NCBI GenBank assembly: GCA_963716395.1
Contig: OY970309.1
Span: 2,432,001 to 2,496,000, forward strand
Source of the DNA: an uncultured Fibrobacteria bacterium
GTDB lineage: Bacteria; Fibrobacterota; Fibrobacteria; UBA11236
DNA: 64,000 bases
Reading direction: 5' to 3'
Within the stretch, counting starts at the first letter, position 1. Each line of letters starts with the position of its first letter. A program made the position numbers and the translations under genes. Under the pieces are notes generated by a model, which saw only the letters and a program-made list of their open reading frames with translations, did no database searches and was not told the origin of the DNA. Positions 60,316 to 64,000 of the stretch are shown piece after piece.

Positions 60316-60355
60316 GTTTAAAACGATTTAGAACGTTTTAAAACGGTTTGAAATG
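60316..60355. repeat. Four tandem 10-bp units (consensus NTTTAAAACG)
   Basis: gtttaaaacg atttagaacg ttttaaaacg gtttgaaatg. Confidence 0.6.
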
Positions 60356-60391
60356 TCGGCCGTCCGGCAACCATCAAGAAAGGAGCGGGTC

Positions 60392-60643
60392 ATGGGCAAA
60401 GGCAAGAAGAGCAAGGATTCCGGCAGCAAAAAGCGCGGGAAGGGGTATGACTTGGCCGTGGGCGACATGATCCGCAAAGCCCGGGAAAACGGCGGCATTT
60501 CCCAGGAGGAATTGGCCATCCGCCTGGATACCAAACGCACCGCCATCTCCCGAATCGAAAACCATGCCGAAGACATCAAACTGAGTACTTTGAGTCGCGT
60601 GGCCAAGGCCTTGGGCAAAGACCTCAAGGTGAAAATCGGCTGA
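60392..60643 (+). CDS. XRE-family HTH protein (HigA-like), no adjacent toxin
   Basis: IRKARENGGISQEELA..TKRTAISRIENHAEDIKLSTL..A.ALG; AAGGAG RBS. Confidence 0.88.
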   Translation: MGKGKKSKDSGSKKRGKGYDLAVGDMIRKARENGGISQEELAIRLDTKRTAISRIENHAEDIKLSTLSRVAKALGKDLKVKIG

Positions 60644-60702
60644 CCTTTCGCCGCTCCAAGGCGGATAATCAATCCCGGCGGCGGGGGTCCCCCGTCCGGG
60701 AG

Positions 60703-61347
60703 GTGCTTGTGAAAGCCAACACGTGGATTTTAATCGGCGGATTACTGGCTTTTCAGGGGGCCCGTGCGGAGAGCAAACCCGTGGCGGCGGGCATGCTGGG
60801 CGGCCTGAACGCCGCCACCTTATGGGGCCATAATGTGCATGATTTTGACGTGCGCTTTTGGCCCGAAGTGGGATTCAGTCTGAATGTGCGTTTTCCGGTG
60901 CTCGTGGGGCTGGAAACCGACCTGCTTTACGCCAGCCGTGGCAGCACCTTCAAATCGGATGACAGCGCCGGTTCCCGAGTCAATACGTTTCACCTGCAAA
61001 CGTTGACCCTCCCCTTGCTGGTCAAAATCACGGCCCCCATCGGCTATGAGGTGCAACCCGTCTTTTTCGGGGGCCCGTCTCTGGCCTATGCGTTTTCTAA
61101 GAGCAATACCTCCGAGGTCATCGCCACCGACGTCAACGGCAATGTGACGACCGAAAACCTGGACCCGTTGATACCGCCTGCGGATTTGCAAACCCTCGAC
61201 GTGCTTCTGACCGTGGGCGGCGGGCTGGAATGGGGCCTGGGGACTTTGCAGGCGCGTCTGAACTTCGGCGAACGCCCGTTGGACAAAACCGGGGTGGTCG
61301 ACGTCCACACCTTCACCCTCGACGTCATGGCGGGATTCACATTTTGA
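60703..61347 (+). CDS. Outer-membrane beta-barrel (porin-family) protein
   Basis: Signal peptide; G..GGLN.A; ETDLLY..RG; LTLPLLVK; C-terminal Phe. Confidence 0.78.
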   Translation: MLVKANTWILIGGLLAFQGARAESKPVAAGMLGGLNAATLWGHNVHDFDVRFWPEVGFSLNVRFPVLVGLETDLLYASRGSTFKSDDSAGSRVNTFHLQTLTLPLLVKITAPIGYEVQPVFFGGPSLAYAFSKSNTSEVIATDVNGNVTTENLDPLIPPADLQTLDVLLTVGGGLEWGLGTLQARLNFGERPLDKTGVVDVHTFTLDVMAGFTF

Positions 61348-61882
61348 GACGGCGGGGGGGCGACGCCATTTCGATCAGACCCATTACTGGAATCACAAAT
61401 AATACCGCGCCGGCCAGAAAGAATCCCAGCCCCACCGCCCCTTTCAACAGGGGGCGCAACAGGTTGCCATGTTTGTCCTCCACGAACGAATCCTTGGGGT
61501 CGTGCGGGTTCACATAGGCCGTGACCGTGTCGCCCACGTGGTAGCGGTCGAGGCGGCGCTGCCAATACCAGAAAGGACGCGGCTCTTCCTCGAAGGAGAA
61601 GCGCCAGCCCCAAACGCTTTTCCCCCGCACGGAATACGCGTAGAGAACATCGGGATAATAGGCGTTCACGGCTCCGGAAGTATCGCGGCGTTCTCCGACC
61701 CTCAGGAATTTGGCCGGCGTCGGCCGGTAGACCTGGTCGAGATGGGTTAACCGGTGCACGATGCGGTAATCCTGCATCATGGATTTAAGACCCATTACGG
61801 CCAGTACCAAACCGGCTATCAAGGCCAGGATTTGCGTTCCCGCGGGAATTTTGCCGGTGTCGTCCGGATGGCGTTTGGGCAT
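61337..61882 (-). CDS. DUF3592 domain membrane protein
   Basis: Two TM segments; YYPDVLYAYSV.G; VGDTVTAYVNP.DP.DS. Confidence 0.8.
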   Translation of the reverse strand: MPKRHPDDTGKIPAGTQILALIAGLVLAVMGLKSMMQDYRIVHRLTHLDQVYRPTPAKFLRVGERRDTSGAVNAYYPDVLYAYSVRGKSVWGWRFSFEEEPRPFWYWQRRLDRYHVGDTVTAYVNPHDPKDSFVEDKHGNLLRPLLKGAVGLGFFLAGAVLFVIPVMGLIEMASPPRRLKM

Positions 61883-61970
61883 GAAAGGTTAAAAGGCCAC
61901 AGGCCGTCCGCCTGTGACGGAGCCGCTAAAGTAGTTTCCGCGTCCCGGGTCGGAAATCCGAATTGGGGCT

Positions 61971-62727
61971 TTACGCTTGGTCCGGTTTGCGGGCGAGAAA
62001 ACGCAGACGGGTGTAGTCGGCGGTCCAACGGCCGTCGGCGCCGCAAAGTTGCGGACGCAGTGCCTCTTCGACTTCCAGGAGAAAGCCGGGCCGGTCGGGC
62101 TCGGGTAAAGCGGAAGTAAAGGATTGGGCAAATGTTTCCAGCCAGGTGCGCAGCGAACCGGGCAAAGGGGTGGGCCGTGGAAACACCCCGATGGTTTCGA
62201 CCCGGAAACCCGCGCGCGTCAGGCGGCCTCCGTATTCTTCCGCCGTGGGGAAATACCAGGGATTCCAATCCGCGAAATTGAGGTTGCGGCGGCGCAGGGC
62301 TTCAGCCAAGGCACCGCGGATAGCGGCCACGCAGCCGTCGCCGCCCAGTTCGGCCGCGAAGCGGCCGCCGGGTTTCAAGGCCCGCCACACACCGGCAATG
62401 GCCGCATCGGCATCCCTGACCCAATGCAGGGCGGCGTTGCTGAACACGGCGTCGAAGTCGGCGTCGAAAGCGAGGTCTTCGGCGCGCCCGACCACCGCTT
62501 CGATCCCGGCGCGGCATGCGGCTTCGACCTGCGGTAAGCTGGCATCGACGCCCACCATTTTACCGCCTTGCTCCGCCAACCGCGCCGTGAGAAAGCCGTC
62601 TCCGCAGCCGAGGTCGAGAATGCGTTCGCCGGGCCGCGGGTCGAGCAAGGCCACCACGGGGCCGGCCAGATCGGCCACGAAACGCGCCTGGCGCGCATAG
62701 CGCTCCGGATCCCAGGTTTGCCGGGCG

Positions 62728-62735
<8 letters not shown>
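61971..62735 (-). CDS. Class I SAM-dependent methyltransferase (Tam-like)
   Basis: W....Y; ILDLGCGDG; FDAVFSNAALHW; LKPGG; WTADYTRLRF. Confidence 0.9.

Positions 62736-64000
<1,265 letters not shown>

Overview
A 64-kb bacterial chromosomal segment, mostly GC-rich. T9SS-like C-terminal tails on secreted glycoside hydrolases and the general gene repertoire suggest Fibrobacterota or a related FCB-group organism (inference). 1-7.6 kb: AT-rich orphan gene, katG, a GH78 rhamnosidase and a RibD/ArsR/SRPBCC cluster. 7.6-17.7 kb: a visibly lower-GC type I restriction-modification island (half-size hsdS, hsdM, rhuM, decayed Abi and PLD-like fragments, full hsdS, a RAYT/TnpA-REP-like HUH Y1 gene, hsdR, M48 peptidase), with REP-like palindromes inside the HUH gene and in the 5' end of hsdR, plus a Zn-ribbon microprotein and an HNH remnant absent from the ORF track. 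17.8-34 kb: mostly housekeeping genes (dinB, argA, comEC, HU, ruvX, typA) plus a vapBC pair and a nucleotidyltransferase/partner pair. 34-55 kb: a candidate ~160-nt structured RNA upstream of typA, a TPR-transglutaminase, secreted GH-like proteins, an ALDH-ADH-hydrolase/PfpI/AraC module, a GH10 pseudogene and a 2315-aa Ig-repeat surface protein. 55-64 kb: thiD, a MoxR ATPase with an unusual partner, trxB, an orphan HigA-like gene, a methyltransferase and partial cimA. No rRNA, tRNA, CRISPR array or integrase was seen. All family assignments come from motifs recognised by eye, not from database searches.
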